Shown piece after piece: positions 19,143-28,711 of a stretch of 64,000 bases of DNA. The notes below the pieces were generated by a model, which searched no databases, was not told the origin of the DNA, and was given only the letters and a program-made list of their open reading frames with translations. The stretch's first letter is position 1. Every line of letters begins with the position of its first letter. A program made the translations under genes and the position numbers. Source of the stretch: an uncultured delta proteobacterium (GTDB lineage Bacteria; Desulfobacterota; Binatia; HRBIN30; BPIQ01); the NCBI GenBank assembly GCA_963761335.1, contig CAVXGR010000018.1, forward strand, positions 512,001-576,000, read 5' to 3'.

Positions 19143-21008
19143 CTACTCCTCGAGCGGCAGGTCGTGGGCGCGACAGTAGCCGGCGATGCACTCGAGAAAC
19201 TGCGGCCCCAGGTCGGCGAGCTTGCGGGCGCCGACGCCGTGGGTGCGCAGGAAGGCGTCGGCGGAGCCCGGCCGGCGACGCGCCAGATCGCGGAGCGTCG
19301 CATCGCCGAAGACCACGTAGGGCGGTACACCGCGCTCGCCGGCGATGCGACGCCGCAGCTCGCGCAGGCTCTCGAAGAGATCCCGGTCGACGCCCTCCCA
19401 AGATTCGCGGTCGACGCGCGCCTGCACCACCTTGGCGCTCTTCGGCTGCAGCAGCCGCACCTCCTGCTGGCCGCGCAGCACGCGCCAGGAGGCCGCGTTG
19501 AGCCGCAGCACCGGGCGCTCGTCGGCGGTGCGCTCCAGAACCTCGGCGTCGTTGAGCTGGTAGATCAGGTTGATGATCTCCTTGCGCGTGTGCTGCTTCA
19601 TCAGGCCGTAGGTGCTGAGCTGCTCGTGTTGCCAGCGTCGGATCGCCTCGGTGTTGGCGCCGAGAAGGATGTCGGCCACGTGGGTCACGCCGAAGCGCTC
19701 GCCAACGCGGGCCACGCAGGAGAGGATCTTCTGCGCCGTGACCGTGGCGTCGGTGATCCCCTCGAGCTCGTTCAGGCATACGTCGCAGGCGCCGCAGCTC
19801 GGCCGCTCGTAGTGCTGGCCGAAGTACTCGGAGAGCGCCGCGTGCCGGCAGCGGGTGCCGGTGCAGAAGCGCCGCATGTGCTCCATCAGCTCGGTGGCCG
19901 CGGCGATCACCGGCGCGCTGTCCTCGACCTCTCCGGCGCTCTTGCGGATGAGAGCCTCCCAGCGGAGGACGTCGGCGGCGGAGTACAGCAGCACGCACTC
20001 CGCCTCGAGCCCGTCGCGGCCGGCGCGTCCGGTCTCCTGCTGGTAGTGCTCGACCGACTTGGGCATGCCGACGTGGATGACGGCGCGCACGTCGCTGCGA
20101 TCGATGCCCATGCCGAAGGCGACGGTGGCGACCACGACGTCGAGCTTCTCCTCGGCGAAGCTCTCCTGGGTGCGCCGCCGTTCGTCCGCCTCCATGCCGG
20201 CGTGGTAGTGCGCGGCGCGAATGCGGTGCCGCTGCAGGGCGGCGGCGAGATCCTCGGTCTCGCGGCGGCTGATGCAGTAGACGATGGCGGCCTGATCGGC
20301 GTGGCGCCGCAGCGCCTCGAGAACCTGCGCGGCGGCGTCGACGCGGGGGACGACGCGGTAGACGAGGTTGGGCCGATCGAAGATGCCGACGAGCACGGCC
20401 GGGTCCTGGAGGCGGAGCTGCTCGATGATGTCGGCGCGCACCCGCTCGGTGGCCGTGGCCGTGTAGGCGTGCACGCTGGCTTTCGGGAAGCGCTCTTTCA
20501 GCTCGGCGAGCTGGCGGTACTCCGGCCGGAAGTCGTGTCCCCACTGGCTGATGCAGTGCGCCTCGTCGATGGCGAAGGCGCCCACCTGGAGGTGCTCGAT
20601 CAGCGCCAGAAAACGGGGCGCCAGCAGGCGCTCGGGGGCGAGGAACACCAGGCGATAGCGGCCGGCGCGGATCTCGCTCTCCGTCTTCCAGATCTCGCGT
20701 CCGTCCATGCCGCTGTGCAGGGCCGCCGCCGGATATCCGCAGGCGAGAAGGCCGTCCACCTGATCCTTCATCAGCGAGATCAGCGGCGAGATGACCACGT
20801 CGGTGCGCTCCTCGAGCGCCGGCGGCACCTGATAGCAGAGCGACTTGCCACCGCCGGTGGGCATGACCACCAGGGAGTCGCGGTTCTCCAGCCCGGCGCG
20901 GATCGCTTCCTCCTGCATCGGGCGCAGCTGATCGTATCCCCAGTAGCGGCGCACGACCCCGAGGATGTCGTCGCGCGAGCGCGCCCGCGCTCCGGCGCCA
21001 GCTCCCAT
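19143..21008 (-). CDS. recQ: ATP-dependent DNA helicase RecQ
   Basis: MPTGGGKSLCYQ, DEAHCISQWGHDFRPEY, ATVAFGMGID, RQC Cys cluster, HRDC domain. Confidence 0.96.
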   Translation of the reverse strand: MGAGAGARARSRDDILGVVRRYWGYDQLRPMQEEAIRAGLENRDSLVVMPTGGGKSLCYQVPPALEERTDVVISPLISLMKDQVDGLLACGYPAAALHSGMDGREIWKTESEIRAGRYRLVFLAPERLLAPRFLALIEHLQVGAFAIDEAHCISQWGHDFRPEYRQLAELKERFPKASVHAYTATATERVRADIIEQLRLQDPAVLVGIFDRPNLVYRVVPRVDAAAQVLEALRRHADQAAIVYCISRRETEDLAAALQRHRIRAAHYHAGMEADERRRTQESFAEEKLDVVVATVAFGMGIDRSDVRAVIHVGMPKSVEHYQQETGRAGRDGLEAECVLLYSAADVLRWEALIRKSAGEVEDSAPVIAAATELMEHMRRFCTGTRCRHAALSEYFGQHYERPSCGACDVCLNELEGITDATVTAQKILSCVARVGERFGVTHVADILLGANTEAIRRWQHEQLSTYGLMKQHTRKEIINLIYQLNDAEVLERTADERPVLRLNAASWRVLRGQQEVRLLQPKSAKVVQARVDRESWEGVDRDLFESLRELRRRIAGERGVPPYVVFGDATLRDLARRRPGSADAFLRTHGVGARKLADLGPQFLECIAGYCRAHDLPLEE

Positions 21009-21157
21009 GCGTCGGGGTTGGTATCAGATCGATGGAGGACGGTCCACCGGCTCGATGGGGACGGTGCGTCATGAGCCTTACGGCTCACCAATAGACGATG
21101 AAGATGAGGCTGGGGATCGGCGCCGGCAAGAGACTTGGAGGTCCTCGCCCGGCTGAA

Positions 21158-21430
21158 GTTCGCCCCGGAGGGGCGGTGGCGTGTAGCCCCGGGTGAAACC
21201 CGGGGAAGAATGCGCGCTCCGTCAGGCGCGCCCCGCCAGGGGCGCGGGCAAGTTTTCGTCGATGTCACGCTTGTACGCCGATGATCACCGCTGGGTGCGT
21301 GGGAAGCTCATCGAGGTGATTCACGCGGCCTCTACGCCTGCGCCCCTGCGGGGCGCTGATCTGGGCCAATCGGAACGCGGTCCCCGGGTTAACACCCGGG
21401 GCTACATGCCTGTGCCCCTCCGGGGCGATA
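21158..21430. repeat. GCCCCGGAGGGGC / TGTAGCCCCGGG palindromic repeat cluster
   Basis: CGCCCCGGAGGGGCG, GTGTAGCCCCGGGTGAAACCCGGGG, CGCCCCGCCAGGGGCG and an inverted second set; same motifs at 41617-41890. Confidence 0.75.
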
Positions 21431-21486
21431 AGCCTCCACCCCAGCGCCGGGACTCCACCAGACCTTCACCCAACAGATTTTCGAAG

Positions 21487-21647
21487 CAGGCTACTTTTGC
21501 CTATCGGCCTGTCCGCTACGCCGCGAATTTGACCGCAAAAGTTGCCTGTCCCCACCCGCCGCAGCGGTTGGGGACAGGCACCTTTTCGCCGACGGATTGT
21601 CGCTCTTGGGATGTGGCGTCGTTGCGGCGAAAATGAGCCAGTCCCCA
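21487..21647. repeat. GGGGACAGGC-type palindromic repeats (two pairs)
   Basis: CAGGCTACTTTT..AAAAGTTGCCTGTCCCC then GGGGACAGGCACCTTTT..AAAATGAGCCAGTCCCC. Confidence 0.7.
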
Positions 21648-21694
21648 TCGAGCCAGGGTGGCGCCGGATTCTTCCGCGTGCATAAGTTCACCCC

Positions 21695-22657
21695 ATGAAG
21701 GTGGTAGTGCTCGACGGCTACACGCTGAATCCCGGTGACAATCCGTGGGAGGCGCTGGCGCGGCTCGGCGAGCTCGTCGTCCACGACCGCACCGAGCCGT
21801 CGCGCATCGTCGAGCGCGCCCGCGGCGCGACGGTGGTGCTGACCAACAAGACGCCGCTCGACGCCGCGACGCTGGCGCAGCTGCCGGAGCTGCGCTTCAT
21901 CGGCGTCCTGGCGACCGGCTACAACATCGTCGACGTCGAAGCCGCCCGGCAGCGCGGCGTCGTGGTCTCGAATGTTCCGGAGTACGGCACCGACTCGGTG
22001 GCGCAGCACGTCTTTGCCCTCCTCCTGGAGCTCTGCCACCACGTCGGCGCGCACGATGCGGCGGTGCACGCCGGCGAATGGTCGGCGTCGAAGGACTTCT
22101 GCTTCTGGAAGTCGCCGCCGGTGGAGCTGGCCGGCAAGACCATGGGCATCGTCGGCCTCGGTCGCATCGGCCGCCGCGTCGCCGAGCTGGCGCGCGCCTT
22201 CGGAATGGAGGTGGTCGCGGCCGGCCGCGGGCCGGCGGCGGAGTCAACGCCGTCCGTGCCGCGGCTCCCGGTCGTCGAGCTGTTCACCGCCGCCGACGTG
22301 GTCAGTTTGCACTGCCCGCTGACACCGGCCAACACGGGCTTCGTCGACCGCCAGCTGCTGGCGCGCATGAAGCCGTCGGCCTTCCTCATCAACACGGCCC
22401 GCGGCGGTCTGGTCGAAGAAGCAGCGCTTGCCGAGGCGTTGCGCGGCGGCCGCCTCGGCGGCGCCGCGGTCGACGTCGTCTCCGCCGAGCCGATGCGCGT
22501 CGACAACCCGCTACTCGAGGCGCCCAACTGCATCATTACCCCGCACATCGCCTGGGCCAGCCTGGCGGCGCGACGCCGCCTGATGGCGACTGCGGTCGCC
22601 AACGTCGAGGCCTTTCTCGCCGGCGAGCCGGTGAATGTCGTCAACAGCAGATCGTAG
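21695..22657 (+). CDS. D-2-hydroxyacid dehydrogenase (glycerate dehydrogenase-like)
   Basis: GIVGLGRIG, SLHCPLT, INTARGG, TPHIAW. Confidence 0.92.
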   Translation: MKVVVLDGYTLNPGDNPWEALARLGELVVHDRTEPSRIVERARGATVVLTNKTPLDAATLAQLPELRFIGVLATGYNIVDVEAARQRGVVVSNVPEYGTDSVAQHVFALLLELCHHVGAHDAAVHAGEWSASKDFCFWKSPPVELAGKTMGIVGLGRIGRRVAELARAFGMEVVAAGRGPAAESTPSVPRLPVVELFTAADVVSLHCPLTPANTGFVDRQLLARMKPSAFLINTARGGLVEEAALAEALRGGRLGGAAVDVVSAEPMRVDNPLLEAPNCIITPHIAWASLAARRRLMATAVANVEAFLAGEPVNVVNSRS

Positions 22658-22733
22658 CGGCAGGGACGCAGCGGGCATGCTCCCGCCCGGCCTTCCTCGC
22701 CTGGCGCCTCGTTTCTCGCTATGAGTGCCGAAC

Positions 22734-23465
22734 ATGGCCGAGCTGAACACGCAGGATCTCTTCTATCCCCGCGGCGACGAGCGGCTGCGTGCCTACGCCG
22801 CCTGGCCGACGGCGGCGGCGCCGTTGCCGGCGGTGCTGCTGATCCACGACGTCCGCGGGCTGTACGAGCATTATCGCGACGTCTCCCGGCGGCTGGCGGC
22901 CGAGGGGTTCTTCGTTCTCGCCGTTGATCTCTACAGCCGCGAAGGGGCGCCCGATCTGCCGGACATGGAGGCCGTCTTCCGCTGGATGCGAGAGCTGCCC
23001 GACGAGCGCGTCCTCGCCGACGTCGCCGCGGCGGCGTCGGCGCTGGCCTCCCGGCCCGAGGTACGCCCCGGCGCCATCGGGATCACCGGATTCTGTATGG
23101 GAGGACAGTACGCCCTGATGGCCGCCTGCACGGTTCCGCGCCTGGCCGCCTGTGTCAGCTGGTACGGTATGCTTCGCTATGCACAGACGAGCGCCGCCAA
23201 GCCGCACAGCCCGCTCGACCTGGCGCCGCGGCTCGGCTGCCCGTATCTCGGTCTCTTCGGCGAGGATGACGGACTCATCCCGGGAGCCGACGTGGAGGAT
23301 CTGCGCGCCATCCTGGAACGGAGCGGGAAGACTTTCGAGATCCACCGGTATGCCGGTGCCGGACACGCCTTTTTCAACGACACGCGGCCCGACGGCTATC
23401 GTCCGGACGCCGCCGCCGACGCCTGGAAAAAGTGTCTGGTGTTTCTCCGCGAGCATCTGGTATAG
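22734..23465 (+). CDS. Dienelactone hydrolase family protein
   Basis: GFCMGG nucleophile, D, GAGHAF triad. Confidence 0.9.
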   Translation: MAELNTQDLFYPRGDERLRAYAAWPTAAAPLPAVLLIHDVRGLYEHYRDVSRRLAAEGFFVLAVDLYSREGAPDLPDMEAVFRWMRELPDERVLADVAAAASALASRPEVRPGAIGITGFCMGGQYALMAACTVPRLAACVSWYGMLRYAQTSAAKPHSPLDLAPRLGCPYLGLFGEDDGLIPGADVEDLRAILERSGKTFEIHRYAGAGHAFFNDTRPDGYRPDAAADAWKKCLVFLREHLV

Positions 23466-23572
23466 ATCGACCTCGGCCTTCGGCGTTCAACGGGGGAAGC
23501 CGAAGGGGGAAAGGAAGAACGCATCGAGTCACGCCCGGCGCCCGGCGCCGGCAGCGGCTCCCAGGGATTCCC

Positions 23573-25597
23573 ATGCGAGGACTGCCCTCCACGCGGCTGC
23601 GGGTATGCGCCGCCGTCTGCCTCTTCCTGTTCGCCGGCAGTGCAGGGGCAGAGAGCCCGGATGCGGCCCTGGATCGCGCTGTCCGCGACACCGGTGTCGC
23701 CCAGGTGCTGGTGGCTCTGCAGGAGCCCAGCGCTCAGCCCCGCTCCGCCTCGGCGCGCCGGCGCGCCATCCGGCAGATGCAGGATCGCGTGCTTGCCCGC
23801 ATGGCTCCGGTGGACTTCGCGCCGACGCACCGCTTTGCGGCGGTGCCGGCGATGGCCGGTTGGGTTGACGCCGACGGTCTCGCCGCCCTGCGCCAGAGCC
23901 CCGAGGTGGCGCGCGTCGACCTGGACGTTCCCGGCACGGGAGCCCTCGCCGTTTCCGTGCCGCAGATCCGCGCCGACGTGGTCCAGGACGTGTACGGCTA
24001 CGACGGCACCGGCGTCACGGTCGCGGTTCTCGACAGTGGCTTCGACGCCACCCACCCCGATCTCGCCAATGCCCTCGTGGGCGAGCAGTGCTTCTGTAGC
24101 GGCGGCGGCGGTTGCTGTCCCGACGGGTCGACGGCGCAGAGCGGCGCCGGTGCCGCGGTCGACGATCACTATCACGGCACGCACGTGAGCGGCATCATCA
24201 CCAGCGACGGCGTCGTCGCCTCCCGAGGTGTCGCCCCGGGCAGCGACATCGTCGCCATCAAGGTGCTCGATTCGAACAACCAGTTCTGCTGCACCGCCGA
24301 CGTGATCGCCGGCCTCGACTGGATCCTCGCCAATCGCCCGGACGTGAAGGTAGTCAACATGAGCCTCTGCACCTTCGCCACCTTCTCCGGCGACTGTGAC
24401 AACGCCACCGCCTACACCATGGCCTTCGCCAGCTCGATCAACGCGCTCACGGCAAACGGCGTCGCGGTCTTCGCCGCCTCCTGCAATCTCGGCCAGCCGA
24501 ACGCGATGGGAGCGCCGGCGTGCGTTGCCAGCACCATCTCCGTTGGCGCCGTGGACTCCACGGACCACGCGGCGTCGTTCTCCAACAGCGGCCCGCCCCT
24601 CGATCTGCTCGCCCCCGGCGTGGCCATCGTCTCCGACCTCCGCGGCGGCGGCACCATTGCCCTCAGCGGCACCTCGATGGCGTGTCCGCATGCGGCCGGC
24701 ACGGCGGCGCTGCTGCTTCAGGCGGTGCCATCGATGACGCCGGCAGAGCTGCTTCAGGCGATGTCGGCCACCGGCCTGCCGGTGACTGATCCAAAGAACG
24801 GCCTCACCAAGCCGCGCATCGACGCACTGGCGGCGCTTCTCTATCCGCGCTGCGGCGATGGCAACCTCGACGCCGGCGAGGAATGCGACGACGGCAACCC
24901 GGACGACGGGGACGGATGCGACTCGAACTGCACCGTCACCGGCTGTGGCAACGGTATCGCGACCGCCGGCGAGGCCTGCGACGACGGGGCGGCCAATGGC
25001 GCGGACGACTGCTGTGCCCCCGATTGCTCGCTGATCGATACCGACGGCGATGGCCTCTGCGACCGCGATGACGGCTGTCCCCATGTGGCAGCGGCGACCG
25101 TGCCCGAGCCGCTATCGGCGTTGAAGAAGATCGTCCTCGTCTACAAGAGCAATGGAGCCGGGGGAGGAGACGACCGGCCGCGCGTGGTGGATGGCGATTT
25201 CGTTACGGCGGTACCGTTCGATTTGTCGACCACGCACGCGTTGCACCTGCGTCTGGCGAGCACCTCGGGCGGGGCGCTCTTCTCGACCGATCTTCCCGCG
25301 GGCTCGTGGTCGCGTCCCCGCAACGGACGCCGTCGCTGGGTATATCGCGACAGCGGCAGGCCCACCGCCGCAGGCGTACGGCGAGCGGTGGTGCGCGAGA
25401 TGCCCAGAGACAGCGGCACGTATCGCTTCCGACTCTTCGGCCGCGACGCCAACATCGACGCCGCGAACGCGCCGCTGGGGCCCGATGAAGGCGTGCGTGC
25501 CCTCATCGAGATCGAGTCGCCGGACTCGGGAGCCTGCTTCGAGGGAACCCTGGCCAACTGCACCGCGGTGATGAACCGCGATCGCTGTACGCGCTAG
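23573..25597 (+). CDS. Exported S8 subtilase with Cys-rich (DUF4215-like) repeats and C-terminal beta domain
   Basis: Signal peptide, prodomain, VLDSG / HGTHVSG / GTSMACPH triad, CGDGNLDAGEECDDGN repeats. Confidence 0.9.
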   Translation: MRGLPSTRLRVCAAVCLFLFAGSAGAESPDAALDRAVRDTGVAQVLVALQEPSAQPRSASARRRAIRQMQDRVLARMAPVDFAPTHRFAAVPAMAGWVDADGLAALRQSPEVARVDLDVPGTGALAVSVPQIRADVVQDVYGYDGTGVTVAVLDSGFDATHPDLANALVGEQCFCSGGGGCCPDGSTAQSGAGAAVDDHYHGTHVSGIITSDGVVASRGVAPGSDIVAIKVLDSNNQFCCTADVIAGLDWILANRPDVKVVNMSLCTFATFSGDCDNATAYTMAFASSINALTANGVAVFAASCNLGQPNAMGAPACVASTISVGAVDSTDHAASFSNSGPPLDLLAPGVAIVSDLRGGGTIALSGTSMACPHAAGTAALLLQAVPSMTPAELLQAMSATGLPVTDPKNGLTKPRIDALAALLYPRCGDGNLDAGEECDDGNPDDGDGCDSNCTVTGCGNGIATAGEACDDGAANGADDCCAPDCSLIDTDGDGLCDRDDGCPHVAAATVPEPLSALKKIVLVYKSNGAGGGDDRPRVVDGDFVTAVPFDLSTTHALHLRLASTSGGALFSTDLPAGSWSRPRNGRRRWVYRDSGRPTAAGVRRAVVREMPRDSGTYRFRLFGRDANIDAANAPLGPDEGVRALIEIESPDSGACFEGTLANCTAVMNRDRCTR

Positions 25598-26367
25598 CGG
25601 GTGCGGTCGCCGATGCCGAGCTTTCGCCGCTGCGCGGCGCGGGCGGTGCGGCTCTCCGGGGACGTCCACACCGCCGCTGTCGCGGCGGCCTCCTCTTCGG
25701 TCTCGGCGCGCGCGCGAGCGACGGCCTCGGCGAGCAGCGCCGCTTTGGTGTGGGCGAATGCCTGGCGCGGGAAAGCGCCGAGGCGCGCCGCGCGACGCAG
25801 CACCGTTTCCTCGAGCTTGTCGGCCTCAAACATTTCATCGACGACGCCGAGGCGCAGCGCCTGGGATGCCGGGTAGAGGGCGGCGCCGAGCAGCAGCTCG
25901 CTCGCCCGCGCCGGAGCGAGGCGCAGGCGCACGATCTCCAGAGCGACGCGCGGGAAGGCGGCACCCACGGCGAGCTCGTTGAGGCCGACCTTGTAGTCGC
26001 CGTCGAGTCCGAGGCGGTAGTCGCAGGCGAGTACCAGCACCATGCCGCCGGCGATGGCGTGGCCGCGCATCATGGCAACCGTGGGCTTCGGCAGTGCCAG
26101 CAGCTCCAGGTGGGTTTCGCGGTAGAGCTCCTGGATGCGGCGTGCCGCGCTCGCATCGCGACGAGGAGCACTGAAGTCGAATCCGCCGCTGAAGAAAGCG
26201 CCGGCTCCGGTGAGCACGACGGCGCGTACGGCGTCGTCGCGACGTGCCTCCTCGAGGGCGTTCGCGAGATCGCCGAGCAGGGTCTCGTCGATGGCGTTTG
26301 CCGGCGGGCGGTCGAGGGTGATCACGCAGACGCCGCCGTCGCGGCGATCCATTCGGACCGTGCTCAT
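25594..26367 (-). CDS. Enoyl-CoA hydratase/isomerase family protein
   Basis: LDRPPANAI, FFSGGFD, HAIAGGMVLVLACDYR, GLNE. Confidence 0.88.
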   Translation of the reverse strand: MSTVRMDRRDGGVCVITLDRPPANAIDETLLGDLANALEEARRDDAVRAVVLTGAGAFFSGGFDFSAPRRDASAARRIQELYRETHLELLALPKPTVAMMRGHAIAGGMVLVLACDYRLGLDGDYKVGLNELAVGAAFPRVALEIVRLRLAPARASELLLGAALYPASQALRLGVVDEMFEADKLEETVLRRAARLGAFPRQAFAHTKAALLAEAVARARAETEEEAAATAAVWTSPESRTARAAQRRKLGIGDRTR

Positions 26368-26381
26368 CGGTGTGCTCTCGG

Positions 26382-26960
26382 CTAGGGCTGTAGCAACGTG
26401 CGCTTCCAGCCGCGGCGGGTGCGGGTGAAGAGCTCGCGGTCGTGCAGGCGGTGATCCCGATGGGTCCAGAACTCGACCTCGTCGGGTAGCAGGCGATAGC
26501 CGGTCCAGTGCGGCGGGCGCGGCACCTCGGCGCTCCGGTGCTCGCGCTCCAGGCGGCGCCAGCGCTGCAGCAGCTCGGCGCGGCTGCCCAGGGGCGCGCT
26601 CTGGCGGGACGCCAGAGCCGCCAGCTGGCTCTCGCGCGGCCGCGTCTTCCAATAGGCGTCCGCCTCGGCCGCCGAAACCGGCTCGATGTTGCCGTCGGCG
26701 CGCACCTGGCGGTGCAGCGGCTCCCAGTGGAAGGCCAGGGCCGCGCGCGGATTCTCGCGCAGCTCGCGCCCCTTGCGGCTCAGCTCGTTGGTGAAGAAGA
26801 CGAAGCCGCGCTTGTCGGCCTGCTTGAGGAGGACGATGCGCACCGCCGGCCGCCCGGCCGCGTCTGCGGTGGCGAGTGCCATGGCCTCGGCCAAAGGGAT
26901 CCCGGCTCTCTGCGCCTGGCCGAACCAGCGGCGGAAACGCTCCATCGGATCGGTTGCCAT
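26382..26960 (-). CDS. pdxH: Pyridoxamine 5'-phosphate oxidase
   Basis: RIVLLK, FFTN..SRKG, RPRESQL, EFW..RLHDR. Confidence 0.93.
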   Translation of the reverse strand: MATDPMERFRRWFGQAQRAGIPLAEAMALATADAAGRPAVRIVLLKQADKRGFVFFTNELSRKGRELRENPRAALAFHWEPLHRQVRADGNIEPVSAAEADAYWKTRPRESQLAALASRQSAPLGSRAELLQRWRRLEREHRSAEVPRPPHWTGYRLLPDEVEFWTHRDHRLHDRELFTRTRRGWKRTLLQP

Positions 26961-26969
26961 CGACATCGG

Positions 26970-26998
26970 ACAGTACGAGCGTGTCGGTGAATGCGCAA
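26970..26998 (-). promoter_or_regulatory. Putative sigma70 promoter of pdxH (near-leaderless)
   Basis: TTGCGC-17 bp-TACTGT, 9 nt upstream of ATG 26960. Confidence 0.5.
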
Positions 26999-27091
26999 CC
27001 CGAGAAACCTGGCCACCGAGCCACGCCCCTCCCCCCGCCGTTTGTCTCCCGGCCGCGGGTATGATTCTGTCGCCCGCGGAGAGGAGCAGCG

Positions 27092-27547
27092 ATGGCGAAT
27101 CGCAACGAGGTCGTGGCGGGGCTGCTGGCGATTGCGACGGTGGCAGGTGGTGCGGCGGCGGGGCTGTCGCCGGCAACCGAGGCCGCCCTGCGCTCGTCGA
27201 GCTACATCTACGTTTCCACCGAGCGCAAGAGCGGCGTGTGGAGCAAGCAGAGCCCGATCTGGTTCATCTACGAGGACGGCAAGATCTTCTTCACCACCTC
27301 GCCCGACAGCTGGAAGGCGAAGCGCATCGCGCGCGGCAGCCGCTTGCGCATTCGCGTCGGCAGCGAGGACGGTCCGGAGCTGATCGGCAAGCCCGAGGCG
27401 GTGACCGATGCGGCGCTGATCGACCGCATGGGCAAGGCGTACTCCGACAAGTACTGGATCGCCTGGGCTGGGTTCTTCCGGCCGCGCAGCGACCGCGTTG
27501 CTGCCGGCAAGACCAAGGCCTATCAGATCACCCTCACGGAAAAATAG
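27092..27547 (+). CDS. PNPOx-like split-barrel protein with signal peptide
   Basis: YIYVSTERKSG..SPIWF..SWKAKRI pattern; hydrophobic N-terminus. Confidence 0.65.
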   Translation: MANRNEVVAGLLAIATVAGGAAAGLSPATEAALRSSSYIYVSTERKSGVWSKQSPIWFIYEDGKIFFTTSPDSWKAKRIARGSRLRIRVGSEDGPELIGKPEAVTDAALIDRMGKAYSDKYWIAWAGFFRPRSDRVAAGKTKAYQITLTEK

Positions 27548-27550
27548 GCG

Positions 27551-28699
27551 ATGCGGCGATTCAGTCGAGTTCTTTCGGTCACCGTCGTCATCGCCGTCCT
27601 CTTGCTGCTCGCCGCCAAGGGGCTCTTCGGCGGCGGCCGCCGCCTCGAGGATCGCACCGCGGCTCCGGCCCTGCCGTCATCGGCGCTTCAGCTGGTGGTG
27701 AATCTCGACCACCCGCCGGGAAACATCGCCGTCTCCGAAGATGGGCGGGTGTTCTTCACGATGCATCCCGACGGCCACCCGCCGATGCAGGTCGCCACCC
27801 TGGTCGACGGCAAGCCGGTTCCCTATCCGGATCTCGAGTTCCAGCACGCCGGCCCGAGCGCGCCCGCCGAGCACTTCCAGTCCGTGCTGTCGATACGCAT
27901 CGACCGGCAAGGGCGTCTGTGGACGCTCGACTACGCCAGCTACGGCATGGGCCAGCCGCGGCTGCTGGCCTTCGACCTGGCCACCAACTCCCTGGTGCAC
28001 GAGTACAACTTTCCCTCGGACGTCGCCGGGACGTTCTCGATGGTGAACGATTTCCAGGTCGACCCCAAGGGCGAGAAGATCTACATCGCCGACACCAGCC
28101 CGCTGATCCAGCGGCCGGCGCTGATCGTCTACGACACGGTCCGCAAGAAGAGCCGCCGGGTCCTGCAGAACGACCCGTCGGTGCAGGCCGGGGACTACAT
28201 CATCCAGGCGCCGGGTCGCGACATGATCATCTACGACATCTATCGCCTGCGCCTCGGGGTCGACTCGATCGCCCTCGACGACGCCGGCGAGTGGCTCTAC
28301 TACGGGCCGGTGACCGGCGACACGCTCTATCGCGTCCGCACGGCCGATCTCGACAACGAGACGCTCACCCCCGGAGATCTGTCGGCGCGGGTCGAAGCGT
28401 TTGCGCCGAAAACGCTCAGTGACGGCATCGCCATGGACTCCGCCGGCAACATCTACATCGGCGATATGGAGCACTCCGCCATCCTCAGCCTGGGTCCCGA
28501 TCGCCGGCTGACGACGCTGTTGAAGGACAGCCGCTTGCGCTGGCCCGACGGCTTCAGCTTCGGGCCGGACGGCTGGCTGTACCTCACTTGCAGCTCCCTG
28601 CAAGACGTTCTCTTCGTCGGGCAGGACGTGATGCGCGCCCACGCCCCGTACCAGATCTTTCGCTTCCGGCCGGGACCGGGCGGAATTCCCGGGCATTGA
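27551..28699 (+). CDS. Major royal jelly/yellow-like beta-propeller protein
   Basis: PGNIAVS..GRVF, DRQGRLWTLD, GVDSIAL, SDGIAMD, RLRWPDGFSF. Confidence 0.8.
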   Translation: MRRFSRVLSVTVVIAVLLLLAAKGLFGGGRRLEDRTAAPALPSSALQLVVNLDHPPGNIAVSEDGRVFFTMHPDGHPPMQVATLVDGKPVPYPDLEFQHAGPSAPAEHFQSVLSIRIDRQGRLWTLDYASYGMGQPRLLAFDLATNSLVHEYNFPSDVAGTFSMVNDFQVDPKGEKIYIADTSPLIQRPALIVYDTVRKKSRRVLQNDPSVQAGDYIIQAPGRDMIIYDIYRLRLGVDSIALDDAGEWLYYGPVTGDTLYRVRTADLDNETLTPGDLSARVEAFAPKTLSDGIAMDSAGNIYIGDMEHSAILSLGPDRRLTTLLKDSRLRWPDGFSFGPDGWLYLTCSSLQDVLFVGQDVMRAHAPYQIFRFRPGPGGIPGH

Positions 28700-28711
28700 T
28701 CCGAGGGGATC

